A program made the translations under genes and the position numbers. From Octopus sinensis (lineage: Eukaryota), in NCBI RefSeq assembly GCF_006345805.1, contig NC_043004.1:8742001-8806000 (forward strand): DNA of 64,000 bases, read 5' to 3'. Shown here one piece after another: positions 35,512-49,490 of the stretch. Within the stretch, counting starts at the first letter, position 1, and each line of letters begins with the position of its first letter. The notes beneath the pieces were generated by a model. The model was not told the DNA's origin. It saw only the letters and a list, made by a program, of their open reading frames with translations, and searched no databases.

Positions 35512-37984
35512 CACAGTTTTGGTACAGCTTTATCAATTTTGTATTGCAGCTCAAATGTATTTCATTGAAAAAGTCCCAATCAAAATAGCTGACACTGATG
35601 TTCTGTGAATATTTGTTGAAATTATGAAATTGTTGTCTTGAATTTCCTGTCATAACAGAAATAACTAGGGTATATATTTATATTATAACTAAGGTGTATA
35701 TTTAGACAAGTAATCATTCACTTAGCCTCTTTTGTAAGTTAGACATTATATAACTTTTCTTTTTTTTGCTGAAAATAATAATGTAGCTTAATTATTTTTC
35801 TCTGATTAAGTGAAGGAATATTATTTTGCATGGAAATACTGTGATTCATATGTTGTTGAAATAAGTAAGAAAGTTAAGGTTACAAGAATAGATGTTAGTA
35901 TGTAACTTGGGAGTTAGTTGAATGTTGCAAATAGATATATAAAAAAAAAAGACTTTATTTTGACTGAAAAACTTATTTTTCAAAAGAATTCACCTTCTGA
36001 CTCCTTCCATTTTGAGTAAAGAACTTTGCCTCTATCAAGGACTGTCAAATGCTCAAGGAAAACTAATTTAAGTCTCTGCAGATTACATTTTTACTGTTTT
36101 TTTTTTGTTATTTTTTTTCTGTAACTTTAAGTTGTTTCTGTGCCTTTATTGGCCAACATGATGCTTTTAAGCAGTGTTCTCCTATACATTCCATCTAGAT
36201 CTTTCCAATTTTTTTGTTTACCATTTATTCATACTGTGGATTATATTTCTTCCTTAATTACTCATCATCTGATTGTAATCTATGACATAAGGGGGGGGGG
36301 GGCAAAAGTGGATGACAGCAGTGCTACTAAAATTGGAACCAATAACAATAACTTAATGCTTCAAAATAGGTAAAACTCGAAATTTTTATTTGATTATTTT
36401 TTTCAAAACACCTTTCAGATTTCTGTTTCAAACAATAGAACCTTTGATTACAAAATAATCAAAATTTAATTTCATCTCTCTTTTTCCATCATTTTGGTTG
36501 AAGTTTTCAAATTTGAAATTCTTGAAATATCAGAAGTGAAATCTTCAAAATCAGTAAAAATAATTTTATTTTGAAAGCATATATAAAGCTAATAGCACAA
36601 AAGAGAAATGTAAGGTTGAGAAATGAAGCCAGTCGAAAACAGAAATTGAGAATTGTTGGCGGAATCTTGACTAAAGCTGAGATATTGGGTGAAGAATGGA
36701 TTTTGCATATCTTCTCCAGGTCATTTGGTGATCCAGGGACTTTGGAATGGTTGGCCAGACACTGGTTGATTAGAAACATTTCCATATATTTTGTATCTGA
36801 TGTACCAGGTGATGTAGTTAATTAAATAAGCTGATTAAGAAGACAAACACAGGTGGTTGCAAAAGTAGGAACTCCATAAGACTGGAATCGTTCTTAGCCA
36901 AATCTAAACGAAACTTTTATTTACGGGATGCTACTGGGAGAATAGCACTGACTGGTTTTCCAGCTGCTTTCTGTCCATATTTACGTATCTAATGGTGACT
37001 AGCATTATTTTTCCTTAATACATTGACGGATTTAAATACAAGTAGGTTAATTGCTGTTGTGTATGTCACAGAACGGTAACTTCTCCTTTATGACTGTCTT
37101 CACAAACACATTTGCTTCATTAGCTCAAGGGATTCTGACATGTTTTGACATGTCTCATCAACAAGAAGCACCCAGATTAATGAATCCAACAAGAGCTGAT
37201 GGCCTCGTCTGATTTTAGTGAACAAACTCTTCACTGATTAGTGTTGTTATCTGCCACTTGATAAATAAATTGTTGTTTGCATGGTGAACAGTGGAAATCT
37301 GAATGATGACTTGCATATTTATTCTTGTTCCACCAGATTCACATGCAAATATGCTAAATGCTGTTGTGTTTGTCACAGGAGAACAACTTCTTGACAAAAG
37401 TTATTTGTTCCTTATGCACTGGATTCATTAATACATACAAACACCATTTCAATTCTTGCTGTTCACATGTTAATAGCAGTTTACTGATGTGACATAATAT
37501 AGTATTTGTTGTTTTTTCCTTCTCGAGCCATGCCTGGCTCATAAGGACCGGTTTCCTGGTCTCATTGGCATATAGGTTCCCCACCTGGATGGGGCGCCAG
37601 TCCGTCGTAGGTGAGCTGCTAGATGCAAGAGAAAAGAGTGAGAAAAGTTGTGGCGAAAGAGTCAGCAGAAGTTTGCCATTACCTTCTGCCAGAGTGACGT
37701 GGAGCTTAGGTGTTTCGCTCATAAACATACATTGCCCAGTCTGAGATTCAAACTTGCGATCCCTCAACCGCTGCTCTAACCACTAGGCCATCTGCCTCCA
37801 CCAATATAGTATTTAATAAGTATTAAAATTAAATAAAATCAGACTCGAGTCCATAAATATGAAGAAGAGACATATTATTGTGGTGCAGTTGTTTCTTGTC
37901 TTGTATGAAACCTGACACTGTTGTAAATTGTAAGAAATAGTTTCTCAAAGTATTTAATGTTAAATATAAGGTTAGTAAAATAGG

Positions 37985-38205
37985 GGAATGTGGTCGATGC
38001 CAACCCCCTCTGGCCCCTGTGCTGGTGGCACGTAAAAGCACCCACAACACTCACGAAGTGGTTGGCATTAGGAAAGGCATCCAGCTGTAGAAACACTGCC
38101 AGATCCAATTGGAGCCTGGTGCAGCCTCCTGGTTTGCCAGTCCTCAGTCAAACCGTCCAACCCATGCCAGCATGGAAAGCGGTCGTTAAATGATGATGAT
38201 GATGA
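37985..38205 (+). mobile_element. Family A copy
   Basis: Core and tail. Confidence 0.8.
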
Positions 38206-39849
38206 AGCTAAAAATATATTCTGATAAAAAATTTCAAGGTGCAGGTGTGGCTATGTGGTTAAGAAGCTTGCTTCCCAATCATGTGGTCATCGGTTCAGTT
38301 CTACTCTACAGTCCATTGGACAGGTGCCTTCTGCTATAGTCCCATACTGATCAAAGCTTTGTGGGTGGATTTGAAGGGCAGAAGCTGAAGAAAAGCCTGT
38401 CATAGATATACACATATCTGTGTATGTGTTTGAATGCCAGCAAGTTTCAACATAATGTAGTTGTAAACGATCATCACTGTCATGCAAGCAGTGTTGTTTC
38501 TGGTGTTTTGTGGAAAACGTGTCTGGCCATGCGAAAATATTACCTTGCTTAGAGACAGGCAAGAGTTGGTGACAGGAAAAGCATCTGACTGTAAAAAGAA
38601 AGAACTCTCTCACTAAATTCTCTCTGATCCATGGAAGCATGGGAAAATGGATGTTAAATGATGCTTTGGAATTATCAATGTTCAAAATAGTTTTGAGGAA
38701 ATTTCCGATTTACCTTTTCAAAAACTTTTGTTCCAATAATTCAAGAAAGACAAGTTCAACGCTTAACATTCTCCACTATTGTTAGCCCCAATTTTAATAT
38801 CATTGCTTTCATCCACTTTTTCCTGACACTATTGTTCTTCACTATTTCATCAATATTCCATCAGTTTGTGCTGAAATTCCATCGTGGTGTGACCATTTTT
38901 TAAACTCATCCTCAAGTAATTCTCACCATATTCCAAGAAATCACTTGACTGTAGTAAGATTGGAACCTTCAAGATATTATTCTTCTTTTGCCCAGTTTCT
39001 CATCATTTGCCATCGGAATGATTAACTGTTGGCTCAAAAAGTATTATAACATGTCTTTCAAATACATAGTTTATTTATTTTTTTTTGTTTCCCTTACAAA
39101 CTGGCATATCTTTGATAATTTTATTTTGCTTTAAATATATAAATATTATCTTATAAATGTCTGGTTATGTCTTTTATAAGCTGTAACATTGTTTATCATT
39201 TTTTTCCCCCATTTTTTCTTGTTTGTTTTGTCAATTTGTTTTAAAGATAAATCTCTATTTTTATTTTCGAAAAAATGATAACCAATTTATAAAAAAATTG
39301 TCAGTGAAAGAAAAATAAACAAATGAAAAAGACCCCAACAAATCCTGTTCTAATGAGTCAATGTGTAATTAACGGAATCAGACATAAAACACGGAATCAG
39401 GACCTTGTGATTCTGACTCAACATTTTAATTACCTTCGTCCAATTCTTCGGAACATCCTGACCCTCTCAACTGTGCAATAAAATTTCATTTTCTTTCCAC
39501 CAATCTTTGCAACCATCTTACAACTTAAAAAAGATCTCATTTTTATTTTCCTGGTAAAACTGAATTAACCAAAATATTTAACGAGTATTCCAAGAATTGA
39601 AGTCCCATGACTTGCATTTTCTGTCCGTTTCTTTCTTTATCATTCAGAATTCTCTTCAAAAACTAAAATTACAAAACCAAAACAAATGCCTTGGATTCAA
39701 TTAAAAGCTGACTGATATATAATGAAGGAATAGTAATTAATTAATTATCAAGATCAATACATTTCTGGATTTGTGTCATTTATTTCTATTAAATGAGATT
39801 GATTGAACATTGTTTTGTTTTTGTTGAACAAATTTGTGTTTTGTGATCC

Positions 39850-40232
39850 CCATGCCGGTGGCACATAAAAAACACCATCCGAACGTGGCTGATGCCAGCA
39901 CCGCCTTGACTGGCTTCTGTGCCGGTGGCGCGTAAAAAGCATCAACCGATCGTGGCCTATGCCAGCACTGCCTCGACTGGCTTCTGTGCCGGTGGCACGT
40001 AAAAGGCACCAACCGATTGTGGCCGATGCCAGCCTCCCTTGGCACCTGTGCCGGTGGCACGTAAAAAGCACCCACTACACTCACAGAGTGGTTGGCGTTA
40101 GGAAGAGCATCCAGTTGTAGAAACACTACCAGATCAGATTGGAACCTGGTGCAACCTCCTGGCTTCCCAGACCCCGGTCGAACTGTCCAACCCATGCTAG
40201 CACAGAAAACGGACATTAAACGATGATGATGT
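39850..40232 (+). mobile_element. Family A copy with 3-4 tandem units
   Basis: Core, units and tail. Confidence 0.85.
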
Positions 40233-40644
40233 GGAGTAAGATAGTTCTCTGAGTGGCTGATATTTCACCAAACACAAGCAAGTTACCAATTTTCAAAAGA
40301 TAGATGTATTTATTTTGTTTTGAGTAGTTTAGTCAGAAGAAAGTGGGGGGGGGAGCATTTCTTGTGCTTTTGCAGAGCCTTCCAGACTGGTGTAGGTTTA
40401 CAGGGGTCATGGACACTGGCTCTTTCTCCTCCCTAAACTGGTGAGATTGATACACTTGGTGTTCAGTTTCATTTGAAGGGCTTTGATACAGTTTCCATTT
40501 ATACAAATCACTTACAAAGCTGAGGTTAGGGTCTGTGCATTTGTCCAGTATGCCATGCAATGGGATCAAGCTTGGGATCTTGGGACCGCAAAGGGAACCT
40601 CCTAAATATATATTTGCCGTTTATCATCATCAGCATTTCAGTAA

Positions 40645-40848
40645 ATGATTTTAAAGCACCCATTACACACTCGGAGTGGTTGGCATTAGGAAGGGCATTC
40701 AACCATAGAAATCATGCTAAATCAGACTGGGGTCTGATGCAGCCTTCCAGATTGCCAGCCCTGGTCAAACCGTCCAACCCATGTCAGCCCTAGTCAAACC
40801 ATCCAACCCATGCCAGCATGGACAACGGATGTTAAATGATGATGATGA
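40645..40848 (+). mobile_element. Family A copy with local ~30-bp internal duplication
   Basis: cagccct.gtcaaacc.tccaacccatg occurs twice in tandem. Confidence 0.75.
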
Positions 40849-42874
40849 TTACATTACATTTCACAGGTTGTGAGTTGGCAGAGTTGTTAGCCAAGCAAAG
40901 TGCTTATGGCATTTCATCTGTCTTTATGTTTCAAATTCAGTTCCACCAAGATTGATTTTGCCTTTCATCCTTTTTTTTGGGGGGGGGGGTCAGTAAAATA
41001 CACCCCTAAAATTGCTGGCTTTGTACAAATTTTGAAACCAGTATTACATTAATTTATATATATTACATAATTAAGCAAAGATCTTAAGTGTCTGGTGTTC
41101 AGAATATATAAATTCAAAGACAATTTCTTTGGAAAAACCCACAGAATATAAACTTATGGGTTTTTAAAAAAAATATCTTGTCAGAAACATTTGTTCTCCT
41201 GGGACCACTTTTGCAACTGAAATGATTTAATTATTGGTTATTGATTGCATTTTGCTTGACACCTTGTTGACATTTTCTTATACTAATAATCAAAGTGTGT
41301 GTATAAAAAACAACAAAAAAAGAAAATTAAATAAAAATACTATTTAAAAACGTTTGGAAGAAAAATTTAGTGTAACAAGATCCAAGATGGACAAATATAC
41401 CCACGATGTAAGGCATAAGACTCTGACTCCATTAAATCTTCTGAATGGAGTTTTACAGATGGAAACCAACAGAAGTCCGTTGTGTGTGTGATCGATCGTG
41501 TCTCCTGGCATTGACATCATCATCATCATTATCATTTAATGCCTGTTTTTCATGCTGGCATGGGTTGGATGGTTTGACAGAAACTGACAAGGTGGAGACC
41601 TGCACCAGGCTCCAGTCATCTGTTTTGGTAAGGTTTCTGGATGCCCTTCCTAATGCCAACCACTTTACAGAATACACTGGATGCTTTTCCCCGTGACATC
41701 AACCCAGGCACTTTGTACCATGATTCTAAACAAGCATCACAGTCATACAAGTGGTGTCCTTTGTTTGCAATTTGTTGGAAACCTGCCTTGGCCATGGAAA
41801 AAGGGTGAAGGCTGACCACAGGACGGGCATCCAGCCATAGAAAATCTGCCTCAATGGACTCATTGTGACTGACCAATGCAAGTATGGAAAAATGAGGATG
41901 ATATATTGTTATCCTATTGGTTTCAGTTTGACTGTGGCCATGCTGGAGTATCATATTCAAAGGTCTAATTGATTGTACCAGCCCCAGTTTTACTCATTTC
42001 ATTGAGCTTTATTTCTCTCATTCATTTCACTGGTCTCTATCTTCAACAAACACAGTAACTCTACACAAGGCATCCACAGTCAAATTCTCTCTTCCCAAGA
42101 GTTCTGTATCTCCTGTAAGAACTAGCTTTTACTCTCCAACGACAACAATTTACCATTTTTTTGTTTATAGCAGATTTAGGCCAACTCTCGAAAACCCAAA
42201 CTATTGCTTATTGATAAGAAATTTTGAATTTTTGTGCCACTGTGTAATGTCACAGTTTTCCAATTTGATTTGAGTATTACATGGGTCCAACCCATGCCAG
42301 CATGGAAAACGTATGTTAAACGATGATGATACTGATGAGCTTCTAACTCTTCAACGGACCATTTGTTATCAGTATCATATCAGGTATGTGAGTAAAAGCA
42401 GATTAGGTCCTTGTTTTGCGTTAGAATGGAACCTTTTGACGATACACATGTGTCTGAAGAGGAAATAGTGAACCGAATTTTTAGAACAGAATGAAACTGC
42501 AGAACATTGTTGGTATTGTAGAGCATCATCCAGTTTATCTTTTATTCAAAGAAAGGACAAACTCTTTGCAACTGTTAGAGGTCAATGCTTCATTGACATT
42601 TTCCTTACTTATTCTGGTACTGGTCACTATATTTTTGGAATACACTCATCCATGACTAATATTTGGTCATTTAGGCAAAAAATGCTATCCACCATTTCTA
42701 AGGAATTCACTAAACTTTTGAAAGAATTGATTCTGAGGTTGCTTTTATTTGTAACCATTTCACATTTGCTGAGTAAGAAGCCTTTCTCTGTCATCCTACT
42801 TCTTCATCTTACTGGTGCACACACTAACTTTACATTGGGTATACTGGATGGGATTTCTCCTTTTTTTCTTTAAC

Positions 42875-43142
42875 TCACGTAAAAAGCACCATTTGAGTGC
42901 AGCCAGTGCCACCTGACTGGCTCCTGTACTGGTGACACATAAAAAGCACCATTCGAGCATGGCCAATGCCAGTGCCACCTGACTGGCTCCCATGCCAGTG
43001 GCACATAAAAAGCACCCACTAAAAGGGCATCCAGCTGTAGAAACCTTGCCAAATTAGATTGGAGCCTGGTTCAGCCTCCTGGCTTGCCAGTTCTCAGTCA
43101 AACCGTCCAACCCATGCCAGCATGATGACAATGATGATGATG
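42875..43142 (+). mobile_element. Family A copy
   Basis: Units, core and tail. Confidence 0.8.
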
Positions 43143-43279
43143 TTTAATTTTTGCAGTGTTTGGCAGACAAGAAGGAAATCTCTTTGATAAGATGCTAGTC
43201 TATCACTGGAATGGAACTTAACGCTAGAAGCTTCCAGAATATTTATCTATTTTGGGCGTTTTACAAGAATAGACTGAAA

Positions 43280-43437
43280 TCATCATCATCATCATTTAGC
43301 ATCCGTTCTCCATGGGTTGGATGGTTCGACCGGGGATCTGGGAAGCCAGAAGGCTGCACCAGGCTCCAGTCTGATCTGGCAGTGTTTCTACAGCTGGATG
43401 CCCTTCCTAACGCCAACCACTCCAAGAGTGTAGTGTA
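43280..43437 (-). mobile_element. Family A copy (truncated)
   Basis: (CAT)n end and core. Confidence 0.8.
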
Positions 43438-44731
43438 ATATTAGGTTGAGGCTCCAGAGAGATTTGAACACTCGACCTCCAGTTTACCAAAATAAAAAAA
43501 AAATATTTAGTAAGCTGTGTGGTTGTGAAGTTGACTTTCCAATTGCCTGGTTTTGAGTTCAATCCTGCTGTGTGGACCTTGAGCAAGTGTCTTCAACTTT
43601 AGCCTTGGGCTGATCAAAGCTATGTGAGTGGATATTGTAGATGGAAACTGAAAGAAGCCTGCTGCATAACAGTTTTGAACGAGTGTCACCATCATACAAG
43701 CTGTGCCCTTCATCTCTAGTCTTCTGCGAAGATATGTCCAGCCATGATGAAATTTTACCTTACTTTTCAAACAGGTGAGTTTTGGCAACATGATGGGCTG
43801 TAGAAAATCTGTCTCGATAAATTCCATTGAACCCAGGTAAGCATGGAAAAGTGGATGTGAAAATGATGATGATGATTGATGACTGACCAACCTTGCAGAT
43901 GGCAATAGAATGTCGTCTTCTTTCTTTTTAACCAAATCTTTTGGAATTGTGAGATTTCTTTGAAGATCTTTTGATGTAAGGTTTTGACTTCACGTTTGGA
44001 ATTTTTTTTCCCTGGTTCTTTGAAGATTCAACTCTATGGACTAAGTTACTGGCATTAGAAATTGGTCAGCCATTCTTAAATTCTTCTGTTATATATTGCC
44101 AGAAGAACTTTGCTAAAAATTCCATTGTAGCTGTCTCACTAGGAAGAGGCCATAAGTTGTACTCCGTCCTGAAACGAAGCTAATTTGCATCTCCTCTAAG
44201 CTAATTATCTTCCTAATTAGTTGTGCTATAACCCTTTCTGTTACTTTCATAATATGCTTCTTGATAAATTTATCTCTTTAATTAGTTCTTCCCACAGCAT
44301 CCCTTTGTTCTTGTAACAAGTTGATTCTTGCTGCTTCTATTCATTTGCTATGAATGACCCTTTCCTACACCCCCTGTTTTCACAGCTTCCCTTCAAAATA
44401 ACATTTCTTTTCCAGTGATGGTTAATGAACTGCTATCATTGCACACTTTCTCTCTTAGGACATCCTCATTCCTGTCAACTTGCTGTTTTGCAGACTGGAA
44501 TGTCTCACTTCTTAACATTTCATCACAGAATATTGGCAAACCTCAAGAGTTTTTGCTTCTCTCTTTGTTTAAAGATTTGTGTCTAGCTTTTCTTCTAACG
44601 TGTTCCCTATTTTTCCTATTCCTTGCATGTCTGGCCCTTAGCTTTTACAATTCTTTGGACAGTACCATTCACCATCACACACACATCACGGATCTGTGTA
44701 TACAATGCACTCTGTGGATTAAGTGTGTGTG

Positions 44732-45824
44732 TATGAGTGGCATGAAAAGGTTCCCAGACAAGTTATGTTTAATAGAAAACCTTTTACCTAAGTTTTAACC
44801 TCATCTTTGAAATAGTCACCTTGTGCAGCTAATGCACCAATCCTGCCACTTTTAAAATCCAGCATGGAAGTTGTTTTTTGTAAGTTAAGGGCCTTCTGCG
44901 ATTCGCTCTGGATCTTGACAATGGTGTTAAAACAGTGACTTTTGAGCTGCATTTTCATGTTGGGGAGAGATGGAAATACACAAGTATTAAATCTAATGAA
45001 TGGGGTGGGTGTGGAAGCAATACCAACGTTTTTGGCAAGAAACCCATGAGTGAGAAGAACTCGGTAAAGAATCCAATTCTTTGCGCTCCACAGATTTGGC
45101 CACTTTTACTCTTTTACTTGTTTCAGTCTGTGGCCATGCTGGAGCACCGCCTTTAGTCAAGCAAATCGACCCCAGGACTTATTCTTTGTAAGCCTAGTAC
45201 TTATTCTATTGGTCTCTTTTGCTGAACTGCTAAGTTACGGGGATGTAAACACACCAGCATTGGTTGTCAAGCGATGTTGGGGGGACAAACACACACACAC
45301 ATATATGTATATATATACAATGGGCTTCTTTCAGTTTCCGTCTACCAAATCCACTCACAAGGCTTTGGTCGGCCCAAGGCTATAGCAGAAGACACTTGCC
45401 CTTGCCGAATGTCTTACCTCGAACGCTTGAAAATGCTGAAGTAGAACTCTTGATCGATGGTCTGGCCCTGGGGGACGAATTCTCGAATCACAACACCACA
45501 TTACCAGGGGTGACACTCATGGCAGGTCTTCCAGATTGGTCATCGTCTTCCAGGGATATTCTTCAGCTTTTGAAGCGTCCATGCCACTTGAAGCATTGCA
45601 CACAACCCATTGCCTCATCCCAGTAAGTTTGCTAAAGCATGCTCAGTGTCTCTGTAAAACACACGTAATCACAAAAGGCAGCTTGTGAAGTAAACACAGC
45701 GATGGCACATGGCACAGTGCCTCATGAAGGTCACTGCTAGCTCTCACTGTGCATGCAACTGGAGTGCTGCCATCTGTTGGTGCACTGTAGAACTAGTCTG
45801 GGAACTTTTGGATACCGCCTCATA
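44732..45824 (-). mobile_element. Mariner relic with nested family B SINE (~45095-45410, minus)
   Basis: TIRs TA|tgag.......aaa.gttcccagac.ag at both ends, and a minus-strand GDYF-type transposase terminus near 44810-44830. Confidence 0.7.
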
Positions 45825-48058
45825 TTCATTATTAAACAAGAATGTTGGTGACAGTGACTTCTAAGTTTTGGCTAGTTAAGCCTCCCTCTGATCACTTAAC
45901 TGGCTGAAACTTCGAAGTCCCTATCAACAACATCCTTGTCAAAGAATAAACTTGTATTCTACATAAGTAGAATAACCCATCAGATTAATGTAAAATAGTT
46001 TTTATTATAACTGAACATAAAAATGAACATTTAGAGAGAGTGGGGGGAGAGAGAGAGAATGTATGAAAATTATGTTATTTGTTTTTAATTTTTAACCTTT
46101 AATTAAAAAAAAGTATCTTGAAATGTTATTAGAGAAATGTGTATTGTTTGGTGCTGATAACAAACGAGAATAAACTGTTGGAAAGAATATAAACGTGGCT
46201 TCTTGTCACTGCTTTGTTCTAATTCCTGACAAATTACTCTTCCTAAAATTATATGTTTTCCTCTTAAAGGTCAAATACTCTCAGTAGTCAGAAAGAAAAA
46301 GAAAAAAAAAAAGAATGTTGTCCTTGAAATTCGTTGGTGAATCTGCTGTGATTTGGCTTTTCTCCTTTATTGGCGTTCACTCAATTGTCTGTGAGGTTAT
46401 TGACGCCATCCACACAAAAGAATTAGCATTTTTTCAGGTTATTTATCTTGTTGGAGTTTTTTTTTTTTTACTTTTGATTGCCTGTTGTTGTTGTTGTTGT
46501 TTGTTGGTTAATATCACATTTATCTGAGGAGTCTCTTAACATTTCTGATGGTTAAAAATATTATTTTTTACATTTATACTAATAATCAATGTGTGTGTGT
46601 ATATTCACACACACTTACACAGTGTATATAATAGATAGTACATCTGTATACAGATGTGTGTGTGTATACATAAACATAAATATTGTCTAATTTTTAATTT
46701 TAAAACCTTTGAGAAAAAGTGTGCTCTGAACTGTTATTTTGAGATATTATTATTATTATTAACTATGTTTATTTTTATAAATTATTAAAAAATGTCAGCA
46801 TGATGTTCATCTTATGGTGTTAAGCTATTCTATTAATCCTGCTCTGCAAATGGTCCTTCAACTGGATTACAATCTGCAGTCCTTCACTCTTCCTAACATT
46901 TCATCACAGAATAGTTAGTAGTTTTTAATAAAAGGGTAGCAAGTGTCCTGTGACATATATCTAGAGACAAATTTATCTGAAATTAAGATCCTGGGGATAT
47001 AAACATTTACAAAAATAGCTTAAAACTGGTTCTGTGACATTTTTTTTATCAGCTTTCCTCTCTGTAGTTCTTGGCAGGGCCAGATAACATTGTTCTGTAA
47101 TTACAGAATGGAAGGTCACTGTAGGTGGTGAAGGTCATTATTGATTTAGTTGTATAGATATGCTTGTGTGCACATGCATGTGTGTGTGTGTGTGTGTTGA
47201 TATTGGGGACGGATGTGTATAATCATCATCATCATCATCATCGTTTAGCATCCGTTGATGATGATGATGATACACATCCGTCCCCAATATCAACACACAA
47301 TATGTGATTATGTATACATGTATGGGTGTGTGTACATATAATCCTCATCATTGCTTCAAGGTCCACTTTCCCATGCTTGCATGGGTTAGAGGGAGTTTGT
47401 TTGAGCCAGATTTTCTACAGCTGGATGCCTTTCCTCTCACCAACCTTTTACTCCTTTCCAAGGTAACATGTTTCCCCATGGCCAGACATGTTTTCACAGA
47501 ATATTGGAAATGAACCACACAATATTGAGACAAGGTAACATACACACACACACATGGGATTCTTTTAGTTTCCATCTGCCAATTCACTCACATGGCCTGG
47601 TTGACATGGGGTTATTGTAGAAGACACTTGCCAAAAGTGCTGTGCAATGGGACTGAACCCAAAACCATGTGGTTGGGAAGTGAACTTCTTAAACGCACAA
47701 CCATTTGTGTGTTTGAAGAAGTTCTGTTTGCAATCACGAGGTTCCAGGTTCAGTCTCACAGTGGAGTATTTTGGATGAGTTTGTTTACCTGAGTCAAAAG
47801 GAAGAAAAGGACCATCAAATGGTCAAAATCCATCAGATTAACTGAATTTGAAATTCAAAGGGTTTGACCTTCGTGCATGACATGTCACACTGATGCTTGG
47901 TTTAGAAGACAAAATCCTGTGGAATACTCAGCTGTTTGAACTCAATAAACTGGTGGTCATCCAAGTGGATCCAATAACTGGAGTATGAGGTGCTGAAACG
48001 GACAGATTTCTATTATTTTTCAAACACACACACACACACGTGTATGTATTCATATAAT

Positions 48059-48708
48059 TATGAGGGGAAGTCAAAAATTATCCGCACTTTTACTGTAACC
48101 TATCTTTATTGTTGTCACACTGCCTTCTGCGCCTGTGTGCTTATAGTTGGTTCTATTGTCACATGATTGAAGTTTGAGTCTGATTGCGTCGTTTTCCTCT
48201 CTGGCTTTACAGTGTAAGCATGGCCACTCCACTAGCAATGTGCACCAAAGAGGAACAATGAGCAGGGATCTGAGAGGTGGTAATGGTGAACCAGTTCACC
48301 ATTATCATCTCCTGAGCTTGCTGAATCTTCTCATCAGTGGTGGAGGTTGATGGGTGTACTGCTTCCTCTTTGTGCATCACGCTTCTCTGGCCACTTTTAA
48401 ACTTCTTGATCCACTCATACACACTTCTATGTGGTAGTGCACTGTCCCTGTATTGCGCTAAAAGCCTCCAATAAATTTCAACCAGAGAAATCGGATCACT
48501 GTTCTTTGTTCTTCTTTGGTGCACATTGCTAGTGAATTGGCCATGATTACACTGTAAAGCCAGAAAAAAAAATGGCATGATCAGGCTCAAACTTCGATCA
48601 TGTGACCACAATAGTACGAACTCTAAGCACGCAGGAGCAGAAGGCAGGGTGACAATAATAAAGATATGTTATGGTGAAAGTGTGGATAATTTTTGACTTC
48701 CTCTTGTA
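48059..48708. mobile_element. Palindromic mariner derivative (two left ends head-to-head)
   Basis: TIR gaggggaagtcaaaaattatcc.cacttt at both ends with TA flanks. The transposase 5' region occurs in both arms. HTH relic IYWRLLAQY...SVYEWIKKFKSG. Confidence 0.75.
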
Positions 48709-48789
48709 TATACAAGTTTTGAGACTTTTCCAGGAGAGACATTTATTAGTTTCAGAGAAGTCCAAAACCCTAAACTCCTTCAAAGTAGG

Positions 48790-49490
48790 ATCCTTTGACT
48801 TCAATACATGTGTTATCATAGAGCTCCAGCCATTTTGTGAAGGCCCTATAGAAGTCCTCTAAAATGAAGGTGTCCAGGACCCTTGTCACAGCATCCTTCA
48901 TCTTCAAAATGACTGACCCTGAGGTTGTCCTTTAGCTTGGGGAACACCCAAAGGTCACTGGGAGCAAGGTCTGACCATAAGGAGAGGGAAGGGACTGTTT
49001 TGATGCTTGTCAGGGTGTTTGCCATTGAGGACACTGGCAATAAATTTTGCACTTGATCAGACATGCATGAATAATTCTCTGTATAGGTGCCACATGAACT
49101 CCAACTTGTATGTTTGTTGTCTTTGAAGAGACGCAATGTTCTTCATCCAGAAAATTACGAATTTTCTCAACTGGCTCTGATGTTCCGATGTCCCTCTCTC
49201 TCCCACACCTCGTCTTGTCTCTCCCATCTCTTTTCTACTGTCCTTCAACTACTTGTCCCAGCAAAAAAGTTAATCCACGACCAGTCTGGAGCATTTCATA
49301 AGTTTCTGGAACATTTTTGCTCAGTTTAACACAAAACTCTATTGCATAATCAGCTTCCAAACACCCTGATTGCATCCTGCAAAACTGGTCAGCTGTGACA
49401 AGCCAAGTTTAGTAGGGTTTATTCAAAGTGCTGTTCTAGTCATCTCCAGTCTGGAAAAACAAAAGGTGGCTTATTAGGTGTTTGGGGATG
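48790..49490 (-). mobile_element. Mariner transposase C-terminal relic
   Basis: SDLAPSDLWVFPKLKDNLR matches the mariner YSPDLAPSD..LFPKLK motif. Confidence 0.7.

Noticed and set aside
36400-37400. Coding-like AT-rich remnants (ORFs 36507-36825, 37215-37397), similar patches at 38700-39700, 42100-42860, 43900-44640 and 61000-62100
   Set aside because: Possibly decayed transposon ORFs, but I could not recognise any diagnostic motif and found no splice-consistent exon chain. Left unassigned pending BLASTX.
39850-40070. CRISPR-like look: ~26-nt repeat (gccggtggcacgtaaaaagcacc) separated by ~30-40-nt spacers, also at 5880-6040, 6540-6840, 11060-11350 and 56435-56580
   Set aside because: The spacers are homologous to each other and between loci, there are no cas genes, and the context is a eukaryotic intron. 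These are internal tandem modules of the family A retroelement.
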